DNA from: Podarcis erhardii
Lineage: Eukaryota
DNA length: 64,000 nucleotides
Reading direction: 5' to 3' (one strand)
Assembly: GCA_964252035.1 (NCBI GenBank)
Contig: OZ176203.1
The notes under the pieces are model-generated. The model did no database searches. It was given only the letters and a program-made list of their open reading frames with translations, and had not been told where the DNA came from. Below, piece by piece: positions 25,730-36,967 of this stretch. Both the position numbers and the translations under genes were made by a program. How positions within the stretch are numbered: the stretch's first letter is position 1; each line of letters starts with the position of its first letter.

Positions 25730-26800
25730 CTCTCAGGTTACCATGAGAAGTTTTAATACTTACATTAACACACAAAATAAACAAGCATTAATACCTACAA
25801 ATATAAATAAAGTCCTTTAAAGTTTGGTAAGTAGCATAAAGCAAAAGCAAGATGATTCATTAGAACAACGTAAACAGCATAAACAGCCATACATCATCAC
25901 CAACTTCATCATTGATAAATGTTGATCTTTGATTATTTTCATGGGCCTAAATATAATAATTTATATTATGCTATATTATATTTATAATTTCTGGTCTAAC
26001 CTGAATCCTACAGTATCAATCAAGTAGAGCTGGAACTTCTTTCTTTTTTCAATACATGGCAATTGATATTTTAGCTGCTGTTGACAGATGTATTGGTTTT
26101 TTAGGCATTCAATGCAGCCTTCAAAATGGTTTAGAGGCTAAGCCATCTTATTTGGAATATTGTATATTGTGATTGATTATAATACAGCACTAACTGTCAA
26201 AAACTTTTAATTTTATTTCATCTCCAAAATATGTGGCATATAATCTGCATGAGGTTTTCCCAGTGAGATTTATAAATCAGGTTCAGTTTATATGATGTCA
26301 GATGCCATTGATGCATGGTTTTATATTTTCTCCCTCTTAAGGTTGGCTGTAATTAATGTTTTACCTATTTTTTTCTCCCAGCCCTCCCCAAATATCTTCT
26401 TAAATATTCAAATGCAGGTCTACTAATAATTTATTGTGGTAGTTCATGGAACTTTTACTTTGCATTCACTAAATATCTTACATATTTTTCTATTTAATAG
26501 TGTTTTTCCCCTCAGATGCATATTCCTTCACTGCTGTTGAAGGAGCAATTCCTTCACTGCTGTTGGAATTCTTACTGATTCTATATGTGTGTTTGTGTGT
26601 AACTATTTTTAATGCAGCAATAGCAGGCTCTGTAAGAAAAAAATTACACATCTTAGGGACAAACTGAGACATCACATTACTTATGTGCTCAAGGATATTA
26701 ACCTGTTTTTCAAATATATATATCTTCAAAAATAAAAAATAAAAATGCTCAAGCCTCCCAAACAGATATGTCCCTTAATATTTCTCTCTGTCTGTTCATT
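25730..26800 (-). mobile_element. Degenerate L1-type LINE ORF2 3' end
   Basis: The reverse strand near 26200-26280 encodes H(I)FW..KIK.F-like residues of the L1 C-terminal CCHC region, followed by an AT-rich tail. Boundaries are approximate. Confidence 0.5.
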
Positions 26801-26929
26801 ATACATATGATGTAAATGTCAACAATCCTGTATTCATATGGCCTATGAGACTGAATTGCCACCACCATCTCAGACTGCGCCCATGATATATCCCAATTCT
26901 GCCTTAAGAAGTCCAGTAGTCTTAAAAGA

Positions 26930-27405
26930 GGGACGTGGGTAGTGCTGTAGTCTAAACCACTGAGCCTCTTGGACTTGCCAATCGGAAGGTCGGCAGTTTG
27001 AATTGGTGCAACAGGATGAGCTCCTGTTGCTCTGTCCCAGCTTCTGCCAACCTAGCAGTTCGAAAGCGTACCAGTGCACGTAGATAAATAGGTACTGCTG
27101 TGGTGGGAAGATAAACAGTGTTTCCGTGCACTCTGGAACTTGTCACAATCCTCCGTGCACCAGTAGCGGTTTAGTCATGCTGGCCACGTGACCCGGAAAG
27201 CTGTCTGTGGACAAACGCCAGCTCCCTCAGCCTGAAAGCGAGATGAACACCATACCCTTTAAGGTATGGTCTTTAAGGTGCTACTGGAAGGAATTTGTTT
27301 TGTTTTGACTATGGCAGACCAACATGGCTACCTATCTGTAACTGGAACCATACCCATAGTCGCCTTTGACTGGACTTAACCGTCCGGGGTCCTTTACCTT
27401 TACCT
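26930..27405 (+). mobile_element. Sauria SINE with a nested Penelope fragment
   Basis: gggacgtgggtagtgctgtagtctaaaccactgagcctctt... head and (ACCTTT)n-like tail. TSD tagtcttaaaa at 26917-26927 and 27406-27416. Confidence 0.9.
27258..27346 (+). mobile_element. Short 5'-truncated Penelope-like pLTR 3' end inside the Sauria SINE
   Basis: tggtctttaaggtgctactggaaggaatttgttttgttttgactatggcagaccaacatggctacctatctgtaactgga. TSD accataccc at 27249-27257 and 27347-27355. Confidence 0.88.
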
Positions 27406-27764
27406 TAGTCTTAAAAATGAAGGTGAGGCAGTATGCAGACAGTGAATAGGTGTCTTTCCAGAACTTGACACTATGCTAAATTGTTGCAAGTAGGTAACTT
27501 CTGAGATAAAGTACTTCTGAGATAATGAAACATAACCTGCCTAATCGTGGATGCAGATCTGATATTCTTGCAAACAAGTCAAAGATCAAATAGAAGACGG
27601 GTTGTTTTTAAAAAATAATAATAGCAGAAATGATAAAAGTTTACAGATTTTTTGAAGTATTGTCAATTATTGTGAGATTAATCCGAAAACCAAATGAATG
27701 CTGTATCCTGAATTAAGATTTGTTTCACTCAAATGTCACCTAAATCATCTGCAACAGGAGGTAC

Positions 27765-29080
27765 TGTGGGTGCATCAGGTGATCTTGGAGGAAGCTGATT
27801 TTCTAGATCCATTACAGACAGGGTTTAGGCGCAGCTTTGGCACAGAAACTGTTTCAGTTACCCTGTATAATGACACCTGTCAGGAGAGAAATGCATCCCT
27901 GTTAACTCTTCTTAACCTCTCAGTGGTTTTAGGTACCATCAGCCATAGTATCCTCCTGGATCGTCTGTCCGAGTTAGTGAGTGGGTAGCACTGCTTTGCA
28001 GTGGTTCTGGTCCTACATGGATGGTTGATTCCAGATGAGGATGCTTAGAGAGTGTTCTTCAACCCTTTGGAGCTTTCAGTGTGGGGTTCCTCAGGCTTCC
28101 ATTTTTATCCCCCATGCTGTTTAACATGCTGGGTGGAGTCATCTGGAGCTTTGGACTATGCTGTCAGCAATATGTTGATGACACACAGCTCTAATTGCAG
28201 GTGTCGCAGTGGATGTGCTGGACTGATGTCTTGCCTCGGTAATAGACTGGATGAAAGCCAATAAACCGAAACTCAATCCAATAAGACCAAGGCACTGTTA
28301 GTGGGCAGTTCCTTAGACCGGATGGATGGGAGATGGCTTTCTTTTGATGGGGGGTATATTCTCTCTGAGAGGGCAGGTACGCAGCTTGGGGGTACTTCAG
28401 CATCCATTGTTGTTGCTTGAGGCTCAGGTGGCCTCAGTGGCATGGAGTGCCTTCCATCAGCTTTGGGTGGTGGCCCAGCTGTGCCCCTATCTGGACAAGG
28501 ATAGCATGACTTCTGTCGCCTATGCACTGTTAACCTCTAGGTTATATTCCTGCAACACAATATATTTGGGGCTGCTTCTGAAGATGGTTTGGAAATTTCA
28601 GTGGGTGCAGAATTCAGGGGACAGGTTAGTCACTGGGGCAAGAGAGTTTGAGCATATTACATTGATCCTGGCCTGACTGCACTGGTTGCCAATTAGTTTC
28701 CAGGCCCAATTCAAAGTGCTGGCTTTGACCTGTAAAATCTTAAATGACAAAGGTATGCAATATGTCAAGGACCACCTCTCCCCATATGAACTGACCATCA
28801 TTTGAGGCCCTTCTTCGTGAGCTGCCAGGAGAACAGGCCTTTTCTGTGGTGTCTCCCCATTTGTGGAATGCTCTCCCCAGGGAGGCTCGTCTGGCATCTT
28901 CATTACATATCTTTAGGCAATAGGCAAAAACTTTATTTATGGTTTTTGAACTGTGGTGGGGGATATTGTTTTTGTTTGCTACTATGTTATTTATTTTTGT
29001 GGTTTTTTAAAAATATTGTAAACTACTCTGATCGTCGGATGAAGGGCAATGTAGATAATTAATAAATAGAATAAATAAAC
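27765..29080 (+). mobile_element. L2-clade LINE, 5'-truncated, degenerate RT and 3' UTR
   Basis: EEADFLDPLQTGFRRSFGTET...LLNLSVVLGTISHSILLDRL matches the L2/CR1-clade RT motif LDPFQSGFR...GTETAL...LDLSAAFDTIDH. Multiple frameshifts; AAT-rich tail. Confidence 0.85.
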
Positions 29081-29581
29081 AAAATTTGATAAAATTATTT
29101 TTTCAGACTCTTAAGTTCACCCATGCCCATTTAGGCAACCACCGCATAGTGTTAAATTGAAACTCTAACTTCTTATTAAGGCTCAATTAGGACTTCACCC
29201 AAGCATGAAGATTAAATTCTCAGTATATAATTATTCTGCATGCCTACCTTTCCTTGCTGCTTCTGTTCCTCATGTATTGTCACTACATTCTGCTAAGTAG
29301 CCACTAAGGGCTGTGTCACTTGGGCTGTGGCCTTGTGCATGCAGTACTTTCCTGAGAGTAGCCCCATTGAACACAGTGGGAATTATGCTATTAGGTTTGC
29401 ATATTGTCCTGAGATTCTTTGTGTGTTTGCCTCTAACAGACTATGATGCCCACTCCTCAGCTTTTTTTAACATGAAATGCACTGCTGAATGTTAGATTGC
29501 AGCATTAATCCCTTGCTTGCTGTATATGTTTGTCCATCCTTTGCTTGTAGCTTATGTCTGTGCCTCCTTTGCTCTTCTCAG

Positions 29582-30001
29582 ATTATATGCTGACCGTAGA
29601 GGCTGTGAAACTGAAGCCGTTCTTCATGGCAGGGCACACCTTTGAAATGACATGCAAGGTGTCTTCCCAGAACATCAAGACTCCTCGTTACTCAGTCCTC
29701 ATTACAGCCGAAAAGCATCTGAATGATCGGACAACTCCTAATGGGACCACTCGCATAATTTCTCTCAATCAAGATTCAGTGGTCAGACGGGAAGATTGGA
29801 CAGACCAGGAACGGGTGGATGGTGTGGTCTTGGAAAAGGTTCAGGAGAACGAGTTCCGCTACAGGATGTACCAGACACAGATTTCTGATGCTGGGCTGTA
29901 TCGCTGTGTGGTGACTGCATGGTCACCAGGGGGTGGAGGCATGTGGCGAGAGGCAGTCAATGGTTTATCCAACCCGATCCAGATAGACTTCCAGACCTCA
30001 G
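29582..30001 (+). CDS. PTGFRN: PTGFRN coding exon (Ig domain 5; probable exon 6)
   Basis: ctcttctcag|AT acceptor, TCAG|gtcag donor, 420 bp. KPFFMAGHTFEMTCKVSS...DAGLYRCVVTAWSP. Confidence 0.94.
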
Positions 30002-32739
30002 GTCAGTGCAAAGCTCAAAATGGTAATCGGTGAGAGAACATGACAATAGTGCCTGTCGTAGAGATTCATTCAGAAAAGCTGTGGTCCGTGGATCAGAATT
30101 TCCCCTTTATATTGCTGTGTTAAATGCATTTAAGAAATTCATGAAGTTCTGTTCCACAAAGAAATCCTACAGTGATGGTATTGTCAAATAATATTTATGT
30201 AGTCTTTATAGCTGGTTGAAATCCTGGAAATTGGGATGGAAATGCCATGCTTAGGAACACATCTTTTACTTCTCTCCATATGAATTTGATAAAAGTTACT
30301 GGGGCATCCAAGTATTGATCTGTATGTCTGCCAGTTGCCCATTGAGCCTTTAAAGATGGTCACTTGAAGTCTTAAATTTCTTTGAAGTCAGATGTGCTTG
30401 AATGGAGAATCCTCTTTGGAGTAGTCATAGAAGATATCAGACAGCCTTCTCTAGCTTGGTACCCTTCAGGTGTTTCTGCACCACAACTTCCATGATTTCT
30501 GACCATTGCCCCTGTTAGGAGTTCCCAACACTATCTGGAGGGAACAGAAGTAGCTGTGCATTCAACTATTTCATAAGGTCATTCAGAAGCAAGTAGCTAT
30601 GGACTTCCAGTACTTGCCATTATACTTCTCTTGGCATCCCTGCTTCTTAACTTGGTTTGTCCCAAACTCTGGAATTGATCATTCATTTAACACCTCTGAA
30701 CACCAGTGTAAATGGAAGTTGTTCTAAAGTTATGGCATCTGACTGCTTCCATAACTACTGGACCAATAAACAAATCATAAAGTTACAGTACTCCCTCCCT
30801 GGAAAGAAAGGCTTAACAAAGTTTGGCTGTAACGGAAAAAATAACACCTAAGAGCGAGAATTGTAGGTGAATATAGAAATAAATTTGGAGGAAACTGATT
30901 GCCCAGTACAGTATTACAACATTGACAAGGAAATAATTACCTCCCGCAAAAGCAAATTCAATCAGGTTTGAATTTTTTTATAGAAGAAATCTTGTAATTT
31001 TGCGTTAATTTGTGTTTACTTGCAAAGTATTGTGATATTAAGTAATATTTTTGGAGCAGAGTTTTGTTGATTATTGATAATCATCAAATGATTAAATAAA
31101 TAACAAAAACGGGAAGAAAATAAATCTGCTTTTGGGCCCATTGCCTACTGGTTGGCACATGTACACCTACATAGTGCACTCTGTGCAGCTGAGAGAGTCA
31201 GAGCATTGCTAGTCAGGACACATGCCGCTTCTTTGTAGTGCCTCACTTGCCAGCTAGAGAGTCAGTGTTGTGTGAAAAGGGGATAATATTGACAATTTTT
31301 TTCTGAGGGGAAAAACAACCATTATGCAGTGTTGAGATCAAGCTGTGTGTTTGTGAAGAGATTTGTTCATCATACCTTCAATGAACTGTTTCTGCTGGGT
31401 GGGTTATGTTTCATAAGGTACTGGGAAAGGAGAAAAGGCTACAGCTTCCCAAGCAATAGCAAAATTTCAAACATAACTATAACTTCCTTGCAGCAGACTT
31501 CTAGAAAGCAGCCTGCAGATCTGGGACTGTTAGGTACCAGTAGTGATGCATCCTCCCAGCACCAGTGGAGAGGTGCCACTGCTGCCACCACCCCAGGAAC
31601 CACCAACAATTGTCGGTAGCTGTGGCTTAAATCAGGATTGCAGAAATGAATGTTGTGTTACAGCTTATTCCTTCCTTTGCTACCGTGGCTGGTGTGCTAG
31701 CTCCTTTCTGAAGTGTGAAAGCACATGGGTGGCCACACGGTGGGGTGGCACTCAACAGTGCACCAGAGTTTGCTGCAGTAGACACCAAAAGTGTGAGCAA
31801 GAAGTATGAGCCAAAGGAGCCATACCCAACGGTAGCTCTTCAGTGTATGAAAATGCTCAGTCATTTCTCTTCACGCTACACAAAGCTCCAATAGTATGGC
31901 AGTGTTTGGTGGGTGAAAACAAAATGTGTGAAGTGGCTCTAACATGTTGCCCATGCTTTATTTTAAAACAAGACCTTCAATCTGAACCATGCCCAAGTCA
32001 GGCAATACCCTGTGTAACCTTAGAAGCTAATAAAGGGTGTAGGGACTACGGTTAAAGGAAATCTCAAAGATTTCCACATAAAAGCTTTTAGTGGTTGTTG
32101 CAATAGATGTCTGTGTTCTTATTGATTTTTTTGCGTGAAGCTGGGAGGACTTATTTGGATCGAAAGACTTTTCAACCACTGGTTTGGCTTACTGCCAGAG
32201 CTGTTTGGAGCATCACTTTTGTCTGAATGGTTTCATGTTTCAAGAAAAGCTCTTCAGGATGTGAATGTGCAATTTAGCTGAACTGTAGGAGGTCTCTCTG
32301 TCTCTTTTCCCCTGTGTAAATTGGTGTCTGCACTCCAACCCAAGTTATTTATTTATTTTTACCCTAGGAGCCCTGACACGCAGATGTGCTTTAGAAAGGT
32401 TTCCATGAACTCTCATAGAAGAATGTGTATCAGATTCTTTCCAGTGGAGAAGCAATGTTAGTTGCAGAAAAACCAAGGGAGTCTTGAGGATTTTAAAGGC
32501 CAAACAGATTTATTATGATATTGGTTGCATCTGATGAAGTGGATTTTAGTCCCTGAAAGGTTATGCCCTAGTCCATTTGTTAGTCTTCTAGTTGCCACAA
32601 AGCTTCCTTGTTTATCCCGGAGGTAGTAGAATTGCCAGCTTGAGACGGAAAGTTTCCCTACGACTCTCACTCACTGATCATTACAAAATAAAAAAATTCC
32701 TTCCAGTAGCACCTTAAAGACCAACTGAGTTAGTTCTAG

Positions 32740-32777
32740 GTATGAGCTTTCGTGTGCATGCACACTTCTTCAGATAC
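32740..32777 (-). ncRNA. Minimal hammerhead ribozyme
   Basis: Reverse complement of 32787-32824. Confidence 0.8.
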
Positions 32778-32786
32778 ACAGTGTGT

Positions 32787-32824
32787 GTATCTGAAGAAGT
32801 GTGCATGCACACGAAAGCTCATAC
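32787..32824 (+). ncRNA. Minimal hammerhead ribozyme; predicted cleavage after C32820
   Basis: Identical to 22349-22386. Confidence 0.82.
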
Positions 32825-33960
32825 CTAGAACTAACTCAGTTGGTCTTTAAGGTGCTACTGGAAGGAATTTTTTTATTTTGTTTTGACCATGGCAGACCAA
32901 CACGGCTACCTATCTGTCACTGATCATTGTTTCGCTGCGGTGCAATGAATACACGTCTTTTTAAAACACTTGTCTGAAGCAAGGACATCTTCTAACCTGG
33001 AGCTCATAAATCAGGACACACAAGATCTCTAATCTATATTCTCCTTCATTCGGTATCAATAGAAGGTTGTTCCCAACTGTGCAACAAAAACCTCTGTTCA
33101 ATTTACTGTATTAAGACTCTTAAAACAGGAACTATCACTAATTTGCTCAAGGCTATTTCACAGTCTAAGAGTTCTCATTGCTAGCAAATGATCCTTTATT
33201 TTCACCAGCCGAAAATTTTCCAGTTTCTATTCACCCAATTGACGTAGTCTTTTAGGTACTCTTGAGTTTCCTTTTCTATCTCATACTTACAATCCTGACT
33301 CACGCAACTTGGTAAGTCAAACAGTAACTTACTGGGACTGTGTGGCGTTGCGGCTGCTTTGTTCTTCCCTAGTCGTTTTTATTCTCTCACCACTCTAAAC
33401 CAAGGTTTGGATTAGTGTGTTCTCCAAACACATGGGCTCATGGTTCAGCTCTTTCCTCACTAATCATGAGCTGCAGTCATAACCCTATTCTACTTCCCAT
33501 TCAGCTAATTATATACACACCTCACCTCAAATTGTGTTAAAGGCAAGAGGCACCAAAATCTGTTCAAGGCTTGGCATGATGCAGGCACCCCATTTTGTCT
33601 GCAAGATCTTGGAAACCACAGGTAAGCAGGTCTGAGCTTGGAGGAAGGTCAGAGTACAAATTTAACTGTTAATCTGATCCTTCTTTAACATACGGTGCTG
33701 CAATTCCTGGAGCTCGTAATGATGTGAGCCAGTGTGGTGGTTTTGGGCACATTTGTACTTTTCTTTTCCCTTTCAGCATATCCTTCTGCTAAGCAGAACG
33801 AGGAATTACTTTCAGGTTGGTAGCAAGATCTCTCATTTATTATAATGGATCCATTGTTGTTTTTGGAACATCATGTTGGTCTTAGGACATTCCAGGGTAT
33901 TCTTGGGCTCTTGTCAACAAGGCTGCCAATTATCTAATGGATAGGGTTGGCTTGGGTTTT

Positions 33961-33981
33961 TTGTTGTTGTTGTTGTTGTTG
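33961..33981 (+). repeat. (TTG)7 microsatellite
   Basis: Read directly from the sequence. Confidence 0.9.
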
Positions 33982-35449
33982 TTTTTGCTTTTGAGAGGCT
34001 CCCATCTCCTGAAGCACATGTCCTAACTGTTCAGCTGCTCAGCACTACTTTTCTGGGCTTTAGATGTATGAGAGCTGTATGGTTGCAAACTGCGAAATGA
34101 AACCTTTTGCAGGCATGGCTGCATAACCTGGCCAGTGAACTCTTGAGTTCCCTGAAGGCAAGAGATAGCACAAGGCAACACTTCAGCACCAGAGGCATAA
34201 CGAAAATACATGAGGGCAAAACCTCAGATGCATCTTGTCTAACTTGCTTTATATCTTTTAATAAAAGAGGTTGGCTTTTCAGTAACAAAGTAGTATGTGC
34301 TCTTTCAGGGCTCTAGGTATGTGATATCACATTTATTCTGTCCCCTAGCAAGAGAAGAAGAACATGTTCAATACTAGGGTTGAGAGAACTGCACACATAG
34401 GTCCTATCCTGAAATGTTGTTCGGGACTTGGATGCCCAGTTTCCGTGCTTGGTGGTGCTATTCCATACGCTAGCTGTTAACTATTTTTAGCTTAATATCC
34501 CGGGCAGTGAGCAATCCAGCCTCCTTGTGCTTTGCTTATGGAGCCCTGCACAGCTTCCTAAATTGTGCCTAGACCCTTCTGCAAATTTGTGCTTCATCCC
34601 AACCAGGACCCATGTGTTCAGCAGTCCCTATACTTGCCTGCCTACAGCCCAGCACTAATATTCAGCATGCAGCCAATTAGAACTGTGTGTGAGCACACTG
34701 TCGGTGTTTACTCTCTGGGGCATGTACCTGGGACTCGCTTGTACAGCATACAAAATGAGACCATCAAAGTATTTATTTAAACGTATATCCCACCTTCCAG
34801 TTCCACTACAGAATTCTCGGGACAACTCTGGCTAAATGAAGCCACTATGAGCCAGTCATGAATTTGAGGCCGCCTTTTCCCTTACAGCCGGTACGAGTCA
34901 CTGCAGTCCGTGGGGCTTGCAATGGAAGGGGAGAGGCTATTTATGCCCTTCCTTGACCCCACTGTATTGTAAGAAAGGGCAGCTGTGTCCCTCACTATTC
35001 AGTAATTCACAAGCACTGTTAACCTTTACAATTCCCAGGTAGGATGAATCATGGTAGGCCAAAGTAGTTTCTTCCAGAGAGACAGTATACTGTACTTCTC
35101 AGCCAAATCCCTCTCAATTTATCAGGAACAAGAGGGCTGGCATCCAAAACAACAACAACAACCCAAAACACCAAATAAACCCCACCCCATTTATTAATTA
35201 TTATTTTCACAACAATTCCTTTTGGAACTGTGTTTGTTAAAGCGCCCTCCCCTCTTTCACCTTTTCTGTGAGAGAAGACTATAATAATCGGCACTTTTCA
35301 CTTAAATAATCATAGTAAGGCAGCTAAGGGGAAACTTGATGTAGATTTAGTTTATGGAGAAAGGGGGTGGAGGTTTGCAAAATTATGAATGGCACGAGGA
35401 AAGTAGTTAGAGAGAAATATTGTTATTCTTTTCCTACTCTCTAGAACTT

Positions 35450-35812
35450 GGGTTCATCCAAAGAAGCGGACTGGCTAGAAATTGAGGACAGCTAAAATTA
35501 AGGACAATTTCACACAGTGCTTAGTGAACTCAAGGAGTTTGCTGCTGTAAGTTGTGATGGCCATTAGCTTAGGTGGCTTTAGAAGGGAACTGGATAATCT
35601 CATGAAGGAGAATGCTGTGAGTGGCTGCTATGTAACTCTGTGCTCAAAGCAGTGGACTTCTTGAGTCCCAGTTCCTGTGAAGAAGGGGGGGGGGCTCTTG
35701 CCTTCATCTCCTGCTAGCTGACTTTGCACTGGCATCTGATTGGCCACTGTCAGGACATTGGACTAATGGACCTTTTTGGTCTGATCCAGCAGGGCTATTT
35801 TTATGTTCACAC
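35450..35812 (+). mobile_element. Old CR1-type LINE 3' end
   Basis: gtgatggccattagcttaggtggctttagaagggaactggataatctcatg...ggacctttttggtctgatccagcagggct resembles recalled squamate CR1 3' ends. Confidence 0.65.
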
Positions 35813-36591
35813 AACACAATCCTACTTAGCCTTTTCCTTCTTTTTGAGGCAAAGCAAAAAGAGAGACTGTCGGCCTCCCTCCCCTGCACAGGCCCAGGAT
35901 AGGGCTTTAATAATTCTGGTACGGCTTCTTGTCAATTGGTGGCTGGAGATACAAGCCGCAGCTAAAACACACAACGTTTTGTTTTTGTAATATCTTCTGC
36001 TGTGTGGTTAGTGCTAGTCGAAGAATGTACACAGAAAAAACAGTTATGACTAGAATTATGTGAGAGAAGGGCCTGTTAAATGACAAGATGATAGCAGCTT
36101 CACAATAATAATGCAAGGTCTGAGGCCAGGGTAGATGTGAGTAATATTTTGGAATAGGAAGGGCTTGTGGATGACATCAGTTTTTCCTATATCTCATACT
36201 ATGGGCATGCTGTTATATGGTCTGTGTTCAATGTAGCATTGAAAGTCGCATTCTTATGAACCTAGGATGGCCAGACAGCAACTGCATGCTGCTACTGTCT
36301 GTTGGATCAAGTTTTCTGTGTCTCTTTCTGTCCCAGTGGAGGATATATTGTAATATAATTTGCTTCTTTGGCACTATGTTTCTGTGAAGGTCACAGTTGT
36401 TTCACTGGGATCCTTAATGCATATTTAGTTGCATTAGAATGTGATCAACACAGCAGTTATGTGTATATTCCTTCTTCCCACCCCATCCCCTTTTTCAGGG
36501 TGGATTGCTGTAAATCTAGGCAATTTTAAAAGGGAGGGGGAATCCAATTTAAATCAGGTTTCTCACTGAAATGTCATACTTCATCTCAGTA

Positions 36592-36967
36592 GGGGTGTGG
36601 GTGGCGCTGTGGTCTAAACCACTGAGCCTCTTGGGCTTGCCAATTGGAAGGTTGGCAGTTCGAATCCATGCGATGTGGTGAGCTCCTGATGCTCATCCCA
36701 GCTTCTGCCAACCTACCAGTTTGAAAGCATATCCATGCAAGTAGATAAATAGGTACCACTGTGGCAGGAAGGTAAACGGCATTTCTGGCACTCATCACAG
36801 TGTTCTGTTGTGCCAGAAGCAGTTTACTCATGCTATCCACATGACCTGGAAAACTGTCTGTGGACAAACGCCAGCTCCCTTGGCCTGAAAAGCAAGATGA
36901 GTGCCGTAACCCCATAGTCGTCTTTGACTGAACTTAACTCTCCAAGGGTCCTTTACATTTTCTTACC
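36592..36967 (+). mobile_element. Sauria SINE
   Basis: Homologous along its length to 26930-27405; ends in a ctttacattttcttacc tail. Confidence 0.88.

Larger units (their letters stand above)
32683..32916. mobile_element. Penelope-like pLTR fold-back palindrome with two back-to-back hammerheads
   Basis: Arms 32683-32780 and 32784-32881 (98 bp), loop GTG, 35-nt unpaired tail. TSD tcactgatcatt at 32671-32682 and 32917-32928. Confidence 0.92.
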
